This document shows, in pieces, positions 1 to 14,169 of a stretch of DNA of 64,000 nucleotides (position 1 is the first letter of the stretch; each line of letters starts with the position of its first letter). Origin of the DNA: Eledone cirrhosa. Taxonomy: Eukaryota. The stretch is from the NCBI GenBank assembly GCA_964016885.1, contig OZ024743.1, positions 266,228,001 through 266,292,000 on the forward strand. The letters run 5' to 3'. The translations under genes were made by a program, and so were the position numbers. The notes under the pieces were generated by a model. That model had not been told where the DNA came from and did not search any database. It worked only from the letters and a program-made list of their open reading frames with translations.

Positions 1-898
1 TTTAATATAGATGAGATTCTACAGGACTAGAACTGTTTCATTCTTTAGAAATCATCAGGAATCTGGGTATCAAAAAATAAATATGGTATTTATAGGTCTC
101 TACAAGTGGTAGGAGAGGGTGGGGAGTGGATGGGTGTAGGTCATTGGTTGATAGAAAAGGAATTCATTAAAAGCTAATTCTACAAAGCTATAGTTTATTT
201 TTATTAATTGTTGTTTTTAGTAACAAAGGCAGACATAATTCTATAAACAGGTTCCGGATGGCATACCATTCCTTGTCATTAAGTTTCTCTTAAGCTAACA
301 GATGTCTATAAGATCAGTGGGGGGGGGGGGGGGTCAGTCATGGTAGATAGAATTAAAGGAAAGGGAGATTCTTTAAAAGCTAAATTCATTCAGGTTCTAC
401 TACAGAATTCTCTAAACCTTTGTCACTTAGTAGAACCTTAATGAATTTAGCTTTTAAAGAATCTCCCTTTCCTTTAATTCTATCTACCATGACTGGACCC
501 CCCCCCCCCCCACTGATCTTATAGACATCTGTTAGCTTAAGAGAAACTTAATGACAAGGAATGGTATGCCATCCGGAACCTGTTTATAGAATTCTGTCTG
601 CCTTTGTTACTAAAAACAAAAATTAATAAAAATAAACTATAGCTTTGTAGAATTAGCTTTTAATGAATTCCTTTTCTATCAACCAATGACCTACACCCAT
701 CCCACTCCCCACCCTCTCCTACCACTTGTAGAGACCTATAAATACCATATTTATTTGTTGATACCCAGATTCCTGATGATTTCTAAAGAATGAAACAGTT
801 CTAGTCCTGTAGAATCTCATCTATATTAAAACTTATACTCTGCAATGTATTGAGTACCTTACTTACTGTGGTTACCTCCGATTCAACCCGGAATAACG

Positions 899-899
<1 letters not shown>
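1..899 (+). mobile_element. Fold-back non-autonomous Penelope-like element, family P1: inverted arms ~1-402 / ~428-830 plus tail 831-899
   Basis: 1-50 is the exact reverse complement of 781-830. Arms are near-identical (G-run/C-run) around a ~25-nt spacer. Each arm has an HHR. The tail runs into (TA)n/(TG)n. Same family at 42495 and 45511. Confidence 0.85.
767..817 (+). ncRNA. Minimal type I hammerhead ribozyme (mirror copy at 14-64, minus strand)
   Basis: agattc-CTGATGA-stem II (ttct/agaa)-GAAA-cag(ttctagtc)ctg-TA-gaatct. Core intact, stems I-III pair, GUA cleavage triplet. Confidence 0.85.
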
Positions 900-948
<49 letters not shown>

Positions 949-3204
949 GTGTCTTAATATAAGTCAATTAATATCTAGAATGTATCATACAATTTAAGGC
1001 GAGTATCTGACTGGTATTATATCGTAAGAAACCAGAAGCAAAGACGATTGTGCTATTCACCACCTAATTAAGCCGATCGTATTCATTGCGGTATGATAAA
1101 AACATCCCATCCGTGACTAACCCTCTGTTTACTTGGGTCATGCATCCAGAACAATACCCCTATGCTTTGAGTACTCTTTATAGTAGCTCGAGCGACCACA
1201 AAAATAATTTTTCCTCGGCGCGAATCTTGCATATGAAAATTGCATTTTTAAGAAACATAGTTGAATATAATTTCTGTAGCTAGAACACTTTATTCTTTAA
1301 TGGTTCCTAAAATGCCAAGGGCTTGTCCCTTCTCCGTGATGTGGGAGATATAAATACGAAGAAAGTTAGCTTCGTTAATCTGTGCTGAAATGCAATAAAT
1401 TTATTTGTGCCTTGCTAATAAATACTGAGGGAGATTGTTTTTCTCTCTGTTTATCATTTAGATGAGCTCATTGTAACCATTGCTAAACTGTTTCTCGCAA
1501 AGACAATCACGATGTAAATATATTGAATGAGACATACTGACTGGTTCAAGATTTCGAACCAACAAATACTGATTTCGAACACAAACGCGTTATCAACTTC
1601 TAGATAAGAAAATTAAATAATATTCCAAAAGGTTTTTTTCAGATAATAGAGAAATCGTTTCGTATTTGTCATACTCGGATGGGAGGAGGGACAATGCCCA
1701 TAGATTTTGTAAAGGACTTCTTTGTGTACAAGACAAACTTTCTCATTATTAGTCAATGTTCTCGCTGTTGCTTTTAAATTCCGTTTTGAATTGTTGCAGC
1801 TTTGTGGTTGTTATAAAAGCTTCAATTGGTTTAGATGCAGAGAGATTCACAGAATACTAAAATTTGGTAAATAGAAATGTGTGAGGAAATTGTTGTCTAT
1901 GGGATTTGGTTAATTTGTTTGTGGTACATATTAATATCAGCGTTATGTATTTGGTAGTTACTCACCGGCCATAGGCTTATTGCATATAGGTGAGGATAAA
2001 TCAGGTTTAGCCTTTTCAGAGAAGACTCTTAAGATAATGTTATTGTTGTTGTTGCTGCTGCCGCTGTTGTATTTTTATGTTGGAGGGGTGCCTTAACCCA
2101 GTGTAACCCTGGTGGAAGCGTCCTGTCTTTCTTCATAAGCCTGCATAATCGAATGGTTGCCTTCTTTTAAGCGACTGCGTAGATGCTGTGTACTTTGTCC
2201 TGCGGAAATTTCTTAGCAAGTTATATTGTGTTACTAGAAGAAATAAAGATACGAAATACCGTCAAGTGGATCTAAAGTGTATAGGATACTAAGAATTTAG
2301 TGTATAACTACAGAGTAGATAAATATATTGTGTATAAATATATTGTGTATAACTACAGAGTAGATACATGTACCATACATATGTTGCGGTTTAAAGTTTG
2401 AAAGTGTAGACTATCTTCTGCTTTGCTGCATATCATAGATTTTTGTGTGTGTGTTTTAAAAGTAGGGTTCCCCAATCTCATTATAATTTCGCCTCCCGGT
2501 GAAGGCTGGCGAGATTTGATCTATGAATGCGTGGAGCTGGAACAGATATAAATTATTTCGTCCAATATTTTGATAATTCAGCCGATCCACTAACCCTACA
2601 CTGGTATAATATTGATTGTGATATTCTGTCGGCTTCGCCAATTTGTGAAGTGTCATGAAGTTTGTAAAATACAGACCACCTGAATACATGTGGCGTAAAG
2701 ACAGTTCGAGAAGTAGATGCCATATGATTTGAAGCATGGTTCAGATCTGAAAGAATCAATGTTTCTGAATAAGAAATTCGGTGTTTGTAGTGATGCTTAA
2801 ATATTCACAGATTAAAGATATTCACAGCGAAACAGTTGTATGTTTATTATACATAAACATAGCTTATATGTTTTATATACACCACTATTATAAAGATACT
2901 ATGTCAGCGCTACTGCTAATCTATCCTAGCACACCAGGTTCACACTATATGCAAATGAGCTTCTACAACCGATGCATCATTGAGAAAAGAGCATATGTGA
3001 TTTAGCTTATTCTTGTCTCTGTAATAGGTGAGAAGATGTTACCGGTAACGGATACAAATTCGGAAAAACGTGTCTGATACATACTTCGGGTACTGAGATA
3101 GGTGAGACATGATCACAGCTTAATATATCCTTAGTAGGACTATTGTCTCCACCACACACACACACACACACACGCACACATACATACATACATACACACA
3201 TACT

Positions 3205-3258
<54 letters not shown>

Positions 3259-4639
3259 GTCTCACACACATCGATTTTGTCGTCCAATTCCTGAGGTGAA
3301 GTGGCAAAATTGAAAATATGATTAAACTATCTTACAATAACTTTGCGGTCATGTATCTATGCTAAAAATAATTATTATTGCTATAAAGTGCATTGGCTAG
3401 TAGTAGAGTGTTTAGTAAAGGTCATGTTGTATTCAAAACACCTTGTGTGATCAGCATTGACTTTCATCCTTCTATTGTTCATAAAATATAAACCTGCCTC
3501 GATATGCATAGTTCGGTATTCATATTCCGGATTTTCATTCCACATTTGGTCTTCCTGTGCATAATAAAATAAGTAACGTATAGGATACTGAGGTGAAATC
3601 GATTCACAGGCAACGCTTTTCATACACAAAAGAATGTTTACGGTTCCGTTAGGCAGGAAGGTAGTGTACACGGTACCCATTTCTCCTTCAGGTTCTCCGA
3701 GATAGGCCGGAGAATTGGTGGGAATTGTCATCAAATTGGGGACACCTCTAAAGTTGTTAAAAGACCAGGTGTTGGCTTTAGATTTTGCAGCGTTTGGGGC
3801 TAATTCCAACGAATTCTAATGCAAAATGACGGAAAATACCTCTGGGTGTTGTGTTGGACACTCTGCCAGTTCTGACAATCCAATGCCCATTGTGTCGAAC
3901 TTGTAGACATAAACGGTTGGATTTAAACTCAAAGAGCACATATCCGATAAAACATAAATATTCTGGCTATTAGCAAACCTCATATGAGAAAGCATTATTA
4001 AAATTGCAAAAGAATTCAGTCAATGACCTAACCATTGAACTGCGATGAAAGTGTCTTGCACTTATTGCGCAGAAGTACATTTAACAGTTTTTGTATGAAA
4101 TAACAGTCGGTAACACTTTCACAATGTAACTGTTTCTTTTTCAACACATTATCTCAGATCAAACCATTTGCCAAAGTAACATTTATTGATAATATTCTCT
4201 GTATCTTTTCTGAAAAAAATATTGTTGAGCTGTTAAAAGGTAGTAACAAATTATCATTCAGAATAACTACTAAACATTTAATAAAAACTATTAAAAATCT
4301 ATATTGTTGATAAAGGGCATGGAGCTAATTTTTCACAGGTGTGTACAAATAAATGAATTTCATAACATATTAGTATATTGGTTTCTTTAGATACTTATAA
4401 CTTCCCAAGTCACCAAAACATTAGTTGGTAGTGTTAAGATGTAATTTAATTTGAATGTTTTCAGTCTATTAAAAAGCTCCGCCTATCATCACAATTCTAT
4501 ATAAATCACTATGCATGTAATTATGTTGTGTAAGTAAAAAAATGTTCTGAAGTGTGTTTATGGTTTACACCCTGCGTTGTGTACATGTGTGTACCATACA
4601 TACTTAAATTCAGTACTCATCCACAAGGAAATGTAGGCC

Positions 4640-4714
4640 TATATATATATATATATAATTGTACAGGCACTACATAGGGGGAGAAGAGATAGAGAAACAC
4701 ACACACACACACAC

Positions 4715-4808
<94 letters not shown>

Positions 4809-4819
4809 GTATATATATG

Positions 4820-4850
<31 letters not shown>

Positions 4851-4851
4851 G

Positions 4852-4938
<87 letters not shown>

Positions 4939-4950
4939 GTATATATATAT
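4640..4950. repeat. (CA)n/(TA)n microsatellite; comparable long tracts at 5278-5431, 6204-6270, 7274-7425, 8627-8915, 10400-10524, 12078-12154, 32645-32850, 45341-45490, 45756-45852, 47875-48019
   Basis: Dinucleotide runs seen directly. They produce the YIYI/HTHT/CVCV pseudo-ORFs. Confidence 0.98.
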
Positions 4951-5055
4951 GATAAACGGAAAAAATGAAAGGAAATTTCTTTTCTCACTCTTAGCACGGC
5001 TGTTACTTAAATATAAATATGTATATATAAGTATGTAAATATAAGTATGTAAATA

Positions 5056-5198
5056 TAACATATGTTGATGCCCTAAGGACAGACACTGGTCTGTTGGAGA
5101 TGCAGGATATGGCAGCGATAATGAGGGACAGAGACCGCTGGAGAGAACTCGTCCATGGATCTCGGGAATTTTACCCGCCTTAGATAGATAGATAGATA
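5056..5198 (+). mobile_element. Heavily 5'-truncated RTE LINE 3' end with (TAGA)n tail
   Basis: Nearly identical to 11726-11860 and ends in tagatagatagataga. Possible TSD agtatgta(a/t)atata on both sides. Confidence 0.85.
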
Positions 5199-5280
5199 CA
5201 GACGGACAGTAGTATGTATATATATACATACATGCACACATATATATATGTACGTATGGATTTACCGAACATTTATTATA

Positions 5281-5868
<588 letters not shown>

Positions 5869-5885
5869 TATATATATATATATAT

Positions 5886-6202
5886 ATATTTATTAAAATA
5901 ACAGATTAAAGTTTAAGCAAAGAATCGGTGCTTTCACCCTTAACGGGATCTTCTGATACTAACAAAGTATCGTCTTCCTGTCTTCCTCCGGTTGCAACGT
6001 TTTTTGACATATTCACTTCTGCGTTCACAGATTGACTTTGTTAGTTTCAGAAGATCGCGTTAAGGGTGAAAGCAGCGATTCTTTGCTTAAACTTTAATCT
6101 GTTATTTTAATAAATATTTGCTCTACGGTTCTTATATAGTTGATATATATTTATACTTATCGAGCCCTCTTTAGATTTTAGTCTTCAAATTTATTATTAT
6201 TG

Positions 6203-6203
<1 letters not shown>
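5886..6203 (+). mobile_element. Fold-back PLE, family P3: arms ~5886-5968 / ~6035-6117 plus tail to 6203
   Basis: Inverted repeat tattaaaataacagattaaagtttaagcaaagaatc / gattctttgcttaaactttaatctgttattttaata. Degenerate HHR-like core (cagaaga...gaaa). Related relic at 13024-13150. Confidence 0.7.
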
Positions 6204-6273
<70 letters not shown>

Positions 6274-6718
6274 AAAATACTAAATTATACGGAGAGGTTA
6301 AACTCCGAGGCTTAAAAAGCTGATGGCTGTCATTGTAATTTCCGTGGCAAACATTTACACCGAAGATATGTGTCGTCAGTTCCAAAAAGTGTGGTTGGTC
6401 CTACACAGGCCTTCACCACTTAAAACAAAACTTTGTGTGGATAGTTCAACATCTGTTCACTTTCTCACATTTCCGCTAGTTTTTTGCAGGCGGATTTCAT
6501 AGGCGATAGCGTGACAGTGACGGCGAGAGGTAGAGGATACTCCCCATAAGCCTTGCACTTGCGACCTATGTGGCTTGGTTTCTGGGTCAATGGTGGGATA
6601 GAAATGTCATACGATACAACGCCATCCAGAGAGCTGCACATTTCTTGGACACTCATACGTTGGATACCGATGGGAGAGTTCATCATATATATATACACAC
6701 ACACACACAGACACACAA

Positions 6719-6786
<68 letters not shown>

Positions 6787-6791
<5 letters not shown>

Positions 6792-7272
6792 GAAGAAGTG
6801 TAAGTGAACAGGTTAAAATTGACTTCGTTTATTCATTTCGCTGCGATATCTATTTCGGTGATAACCATTATTCAATAGCTACGACCGCATCAGACAGCTA
6901 GACCTTGAACAGAAAAAAAGAGAAAAACATAATGGTGGAACAAACTTTTCTTCCGTTTTTTTAGTCCTTTGATAAGCCCAGTTCCGAAGTGTGATGTTGT
7001 TTTCTCAAATTTCGGTTCCACCATTATGCTCTTCTCTTTTTTTTTGCTGTTCAAGGTCTAGCTCCCTGATTATGTCATGGCTGTTGAATGATGTTTATCA
7101 CCGAAATATATATCGCAGTGAATATGAATAAATGAAGTTAATTTTAACCTGTTGGCTTACACTACTTGCTTTTAAATTAATCCGTAGGAAATAGACCTAC
7201 CTGCGCACTTTGTTGAGTACTCTAACCTGCATACTGAAGTGTCGGTAACCAACCATCCAACAGATACTCAAA
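6787..7272 (+). mobile_element. Older fold-back PLE, family P4: arms ~6787-6941 / ~7015-7173 plus tail
   Basis: Diverged inverted arms between (TA)n tracts. Minus-strand HHR relic gctgt-ctgatgc-ggt..acc-gaaa-tagata-tc-gcagc. Tail contains ttgagtactc. Confidence 0.7.
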
Positions 7273-7281
7273 TTATATATG

Positions 7282-7426
<145 letters not shown>

Positions 7427-8395
7427 GTACATGTCTATGCTAATTATAAATATCGCTAACGAGTACAATGGATACATATGTGCATTGATATTGACAGTGT
7501 TAAGAAACTGAATGTGAGAGGCCAGTACAGAATCCAGTAATGCAGGAGCTAAATCTCCAAATGACAAGTAATTCAAACATGCCCGACAATGTAAACTCTT
7601 GCAATAGCTGTAACAATTCCATGCAATATAACTCGTAGGCAGTCTTGTGTGTAATTAATATAATAGAGGTTTGTAGGTGTAGACCCAGAGAAAATTCATA
7701 ACAGACTTCTGATAAAAAGTAAGGTGATATAAATGTGTATATATTTCTACAAATGACATACATCAATGATAGATTTACATAATCACTATTACTCATGGGT
7801 TGAATGAAATGTCAGATCTTACTGTGTGAAATGCTATTGTACTTCTATGCGATTTAGATATATATCTGTCTAAGTTTCATAAACACACACTTATATGCTG
7901 TACACACACAAACATACTCACACACACACGCACATACACAAACACACATATACACACACGTAAGCACTAACAATAACACACACATAGAGGCATGCACATA
8001 GCAACATCTGTTTAAATTTCATACATAAACACAGATACATATATGCAGTATACATGCACACACACATAAGCAACTAACCAGGCAACTTTATCCTCGGTTC
8101 TGCCATGCTTCATTTGTGAGTTGAAAATGTGAATGGCAAAAGCAACCCCTCTTCCCCCTTGGAGTCAAAACAAAGTCCTGTCCTCTAAATTTCCTTCAGA
8201 ACCCACATAAAATAAATGGTACATCCGAAATATAGGGACAAATAAATATTTCCAAGATAATATTGTCCCTGGTTCTTTAATTCTTCTTCTCACTTTCTCT
8301 TTCCCACACAACTATACCTCTCCATATTTCATCGTAGATTGTTGCCTCAATATTTACAATCCATTCTGCATAGTAGTAGCTTCCGAAAGACAACC

Positions 8396-8429
<34 letters not shown>

Positions 8430-8433
<4 letters not shown>

Positions 8434-8630
8434 ATGGATTCAGTTTGCATCTGGTTAGACCATTATTGAACAGAGTACTCGAAACTTAGGATAGTAGCGT
8501 ATGTTTATATTATAAAGTGTCAGGACCACAATAATTGAGATTTTGCCGTTTCATCAAATAGTTACAGACTGGAACTAACTGTTGAAACAGCAAGAGCTCG
8601 GATATCGGCCTCGCGACACTTTATAATATA
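8430..8630 (-). mobile_element. Small degenerate fold-back PLE with tail on the left
   Basis: atattataaagtgtc ... gacactttataatat inverted ends, gagtactc tail motif, (TA)n on both sides. Confidence 0.5.
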
Positions 8631-8634
8631 TATG

Positions 8635-8860
<226 letters not shown>

Positions 8861-9605
8861 CATATATATATATATATTATGTGTGTGTGTGTGTGTGTGT
8901 GCTCGTGTGTGTGTATACATATAATCAAAAAGATATATATTTCATGATATCGTTGCAAACACACCTACCATACATTTAGCTTTGATATTGTTGGATATAA
9001 AGCATTATTTAAACACAAGTTCTGAGTAGAGCTACCTGCTTGCCACTACAGAAAATGTGCGAATAAATCAAAAGGAAATTTCCTGCGGGTCTTCAGATTT
9101 CGACGCTGTTTTGCCAATAATTTATCGATTTGTTCACAGACCAATGTGATGTTTCAAACGGAATAATTCATTGTGAAAACTGAAAGCTTTCCTTTAAGGA
9201 ACTTGAGCTGATATTATTCCTATTTTGCTATTATAGTTATTCTTTCTATTGTTACTGTAGTTTATCCTCGGGTCATCCATGATTCTCTGGACTTCTAATC
9301 AAATAAGATTCAGCCGTTTTCGTTTTGATACACAGTACAACATTATACATGTGATATTTGCTTATTTTAAACAGTGATACATGTTTGTAGATTGATTTGG
9401 CTGCTATTTCTACCTTCCACACATATTAGGTCTTCATTTGTTTAGTTTTGGCTGGGTATTTTATTTTTGTTTATACATTTATTATGCATTTGCTTCGTAT
9501 TCTTTGACGATTCCTTCGTAGTTTCCGTATAGAAAACTGGTGAGGAGATGAAAGTGAGAGATCCTTTAATAAAGACGAGTTATATATGAGAACCTTTTCT
9601 CCCTT

Positions 9606-9649
<44 letters not shown>

Positions 9650-9652
<3 letters not shown>

Positions 9653-10002
9653 AATTGGTAGTTTACTTGAAGCATTGTATAGTAAGTGCAGGTTTGGAGA
9701 TAGAATATAAATGTAAGAGATAACGCTGGCAATTAGTATTTTACCTTAATTTATTTATATTCCTGATATTTCGAGATAATATCTCTTCGTCTGAGAAAAG
9801 TAAAGGAGTTAATGCAGTGTTCAAAGTGGATGGCTAAGTCATGCTGACAGGAAGTAGTATAAAGTTCTATTCTACTTCTAATGTCAAAGAGTGAAGGTTT
9901 AGGCAGGTCAAGTGAATAAAGAGTAGTCTCCCGTTAAAGGGTTTGGACATGTATGTCCAAGTGTGTGTGTGTAAGAGAATATGTAAAGGTGTAAGCATGC
10001 GT

Positions 10003-10044
<42 letters not shown>

Positions 10045-10352
10045 GTGAGAGGATACGTGGAGATGTAAAATGGTCTATCATGTTAACAATTGGGTGTTGA
10101 GTTCTAATCTATTGTTGATTGGTGGTTGCGTTTTGTCTACAATTAATGCTTCTATAATTCGATGATTGCCGAGGTTTCTTTCCTTAGCTTCTGTCCTAAC
10201 TATTATGTTTTTGTTGAAGTTTTTACGTTTCACTAGGTGTTTCTTAAATGAGGAAGCTTTAGTGTTGAGGTGTTCTTTTATTCTAATGTGAAGTTGTCTG
10301 GTGGTGCACCATATGTAGAAGTTGCATTTGTCGCACTCTAATATGTAGACGA
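9650..10352 (-). mobile_element. Penelope-like 3' fragment: GIY-YIG endonuclease remnant (10077-10350) plus pLTR
   Basis: Minus strand translates to [48 protein letters not shown]. Degenerate HHR near 9755-9800. Ends at (TA)n. Confidence 0.8.
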
Positions 10353-10395
10353 CGTATGCCTGGTGGCATAGGTCAGTATCGCCGATGGGGAGTTG

Positions 10396-10530
<135 letters not shown>

Positions 10531-10884
10531 ACACGGGTGTGTATGATTGTGTATAGAAGATTATATTAATAAGAGGAATTCCAACTTTGTCTGATTTACT
10601 CGTTTTATTTACAATCTTTAAAATTATAATGGTATTATAATGAAATAGTATGATAGAATATTATTAAATGTTAAGTGTTAATTAAACAAGTACTTTCATG
10701 CTTTCGCAATCTTCAGGTTCATAATGTGTGGTGACAGTCAAGTTTGCAATTTTCAACTGTAATTAAATGGGTAAATTGTGTACCTTATATACAGTGAAAA
10801 GTGGCTCCGGAATGCTAAATCTTGCAAACTGTATTTGCAAGATTTAGCATTCTGGAGCCACTTTTCACTGTATATAAGGTACAA

Positions 10885-11857
10885 TGTAAAGGGAGACTAC
10901 TCTTTATTCACTTGACCTGCCTAAACCTTCACTCTTTGACATTAGAAGTAGAATAGAATTTTATACTACTTCCTGTCAGCATGACTTAGCCATCCACTTT
11001 GAACACTGCATTAACTCCTTTACTTTTCTCTGGCTTTACTGTAGCACCGGCTCAGAGCAGGAGAGTTGGGGCGAAAAAGGTATCGGATGCTGAATTTGCC
11101 GACGACATAGTTTTGGTGACAAATACAGTGAAGGAGGCAGAGGATTTGATGCGGGAGGTTGAGACTGTGTCGATGAGTGTGGGGCTGAGAATGAATGAGA
11201 CTAAAACAAAATATCTGGTAGAGAATGTTGAGAAGCCAGAGGGGATCACTAATGTAGGCGGGAAGCCGCTGGAATTGGTTGAGGACTTCCTGTATTTGGG
11301 AGCAAAGATTGGGAATACGGAGGATGATGTGGTTGAGAGGAAGAGCAAGGCCTGGGCGGCGTGTCACAGCTTGAGATCGGTGTGGAAGTCGGACCTTCGT
11401 AGAGACCTGAAAATCCGCCTCTTCATTGCTGTAGTGGAGTCTGTGCTGCTGTATGGGTCTGAGACTTGGACACTGACCAAGAAACTCACTCAGATGGTGG
11501 ATGGGTGCTACACGAGAATTCTGAGGATGGCTCTGAACATTAATCAGTATACACTGAGGATGAAAAACTCAGAGCTGTATGGGAGCATCCCAAAAGTCAG
11601 CTCAAAAGTGACACAGAGGAGACTGAGGTTGGCTGGACATGCTCACCGACATTCAGAGTTGACATTGCACTCAGTGCTCCTTTGGGAGCCCCTACATGGA
11701 CACACTAGAAGAGGAAGACCAAGGTTAACATATGTTGATGCCCTCAGGACAGACACTGGTCTGTTGGAGATGCAGGATATGGCAGCGATAATGAGGGACA
11801 GAGACCGCTGGAGAGAACTCGTCCATGGATCTCGGGAATTTTACCCGCCTTAGATAG
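10885..11857 (+). mobile_element. 5'-truncated RTE-clade LINE with a captured 140-bp 5' segment; 11-bp TSD ATAAGGTACAA (10874-10884, 11858-11868)
   Basis: RT C-terminal motifs, (TAGA)n tail and TSD seen. 10891-11030 is the reverse complement of 9793-9932. Confidence 0.9.
11031..11853 (+). CDS. RTE reverse transcriptase, C-terminal part (truncated but open)
   Basis: EFADDIVL, GLRMNETKTK, DFLYLG, VLLYGSETW, RRLRLAGH and RRGRPRLTY motifs in ORF 10999-11853. Confidence 0.9.
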
Positions 11858-11924
11858 ATAAGGTACAAAATTTACCCATCTCATTACAGTTGAAAATTGC
11901 AAACTTGACTGTCACCACACATTA

Positions 11925-11963
11925 TGAACCTGAAGATTGCGAAAGCATGAAAGTACTTGTTCA
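11925..11963 (+). ncRNA. Minimal type I hammerhead ribozyme (mirror near 10683-10721, minus strand)
   Basis: tgaac-CTGAAGA-t-tgc(gaaa)gca-t-GAAA-gtac-TT-gttca. Confidence 0.8.
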
Positions 11964-12075
11964 ATTAACATTTAACATTTAATATTGTATCATACTATTT
12001 CATTATAATACCATTATAAATTTTATAGGATTGTAAATAAAACGAGTAAATCAGACAAAGTTGGAATTCCTCTTA

Positions 12076-12159
<84 letters not shown>

Positions 12160-12679
12160 TTAATCCTTGCGAGAAACAGCTCCGTACGCAAATGAGTTTC
12201 ATCAGCTCATAAATAAAGGTTGAAAACTATAAGATGCCAGGTTACATTAGCCTTACCAAAGATGGGGCGATATTTAGTCTCGATAATCGCTTATAAGCGA
12301 GAAACGTAGCGCTTACTTGATCCTGCTTTTCCTGATGTTGGGTGTGAACGATCCTCATAACTTTGAAAATTCATCCCAACGGGCCTTCAAATAGTTTTCG
12401 TAATCAACCAGCATATTATTCAGTATACAATACGTACATATAAATTGTTAAATATATATATATATATATATAACAAAAGAGTCGGTGTGGTAAGATAACA
12501 GATGGACCATAACGCACCTGAGAACTCAATTCTTAGGGCATTGGTTAATAGGAAAAGAGTCAGGACCCTGTGTGTTTATCTGTGTGTATATATTTGTGTG
12601 TGCGTATGTATATGTATGTGTATGTCCGTCGGCGCATACGTATGTACTGGCCTAAATATTCACTATTTACTTTTAAGGC

Positions 12680-12792
12680 AAAGTTAAAATCCCGTCGAGG
12701 TTAACTTTGCCTTTCATCCTAACGGGGATGATAAAATAAAGTACCAGTAATGTACTGGGTAAGTGCTGGCCTTGTGCCAAAAGTAGAAACAA
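12680..12792 (+). mobile_element. tRNA-derived SINE fragment (central domain possibly Meta-type)
   Basis: cccgtcgaggttaactttgcctttcatcc..gataaaataaagtaccagt..ggccttgtgcc. Reverse complement of the copies at 20365 and 29811. Confidence 0.75.
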
Positions 12793-13276
12793 CTATTTTA
12801 ATAACCTCTCTCATTTTCGTTTACAATTTTATTTACATCATTCTTAAACTCCGGGGCTGGAAATCATTCCGTTATTTTAAATAGAATATTAGTCTAACGA
12901 CTCCATTTATACCATAAACTTGGTCTCGTCTTTGCATGAAATTGTTCTTCTTGATCCACATAACGACGTATTATCGTCGCTTTTTTTCCGTTCATTACCA
13001 CCGAAAGTCTTCACGGACCAAAATATCGTCTCCCTGTTTTCCTTCGGTTGCAACGTTTCTCGAAATATTTAATTCTGCGTTCACAGATTGAATTTTTTAG
13101 TTTAAGAAGATCCCGTTAATGTTGAAAGCAGCGATTCTATGCTTAAACTTTCTTTCTTTCTCATCCCCTCTCCCTGTTTTCTCATACCCACTCTCTCTCT
13201 TTCTCTTTTTCACTCACTCATACACCCTCTCTCTCTCTCTTCCTCTACAGAATGGAGTACAATAAAGAACGCGCAA

Positions 13277-13385
<109 letters not shown>

Positions 13386-13532
13386 AATATATGTCTGTGT
13401 GTGTGTGTTTGAGCCAGCGTTCGTCGCCATTCTCTCTCTATCTGATTATCTTGTACCTCTCTCTGTATAACGAACTATCTCACTCTCTCTCTCTACATCT
13501 CCCTTTCTCTCTTTAGATGTATATATGTGTGT

Positions 13533-13589
<57 letters not shown>

Positions 13590-13593
<4 letters not shown>

Positions 13594-13870
13594 AGAGAGT
13601 TGCAACATGTATGTAGTTTCATAGATTTTTTAGGGTAGTTGTGAGAGGAATTAAGCGTGTAAGAGAGAGGGTTATAGCATGTATTTAATTTTATTGATTT
13701 TTTTCCATAGAAGCAGGGAATATTTGGCAAAGTTTATTACGCTTTGACCATCCTTGGTAAATTTGGGGCACATTGGAAAAAAATCATCAAAATCGGTAGA
13801 GAAATGTGGAAATGCATAAAAATCATACACACACACAGACAGACATCTTCCGTTTTATATATAGAGAGAT
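13590..13870 (-). mobile_element. Partial non-autonomous Helitron-like element (5' portion)
   Basis: Ends with cagacagac..ttttatatatagagagat, similar to the terminus at 17570-17606. Confidence 0.5.
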
Positions 13871-14050
13871 AACGAAGGGAGTGTGGTAAGGAAATGTTGA
13901 CCAATCGTTTTGACAACTATAATCTTCCCATATAAGGAATTACCCCTTGAAAAGTTCGGCTATTCATTACCACGCTAAAATTCTAATTTAGTACAGAAAT
14001 AGCGGTCGAAACGGCTAGAGCTCGGCCGTCGGGGTTAAACATTTTCCTAT
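13870..14050 (+). mobile_element. Collapsed fold-back PLE, family P6: inverted tail remnant plus HHR-bearing arm
   Basis: acccc-ttgaaaa..GAAA-cggc(tagagctcg)gccg-TC-ggggt. Matches 45635-45758 and the tail copy at 12470-12535. Confidence 0.65.
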
Positions 14051-14053
14051 ATA

Positions 14054-14169
<116 letters not shown>

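Noticed and set aside
1-830. Palindromes as MITEs or Foldback DNA transposons with TIRs
   Set aside because: A one-sided tail, variable turn points within a family, hammerheads, and homology to PLE pLTRs all point to Penelope-like retroelements.
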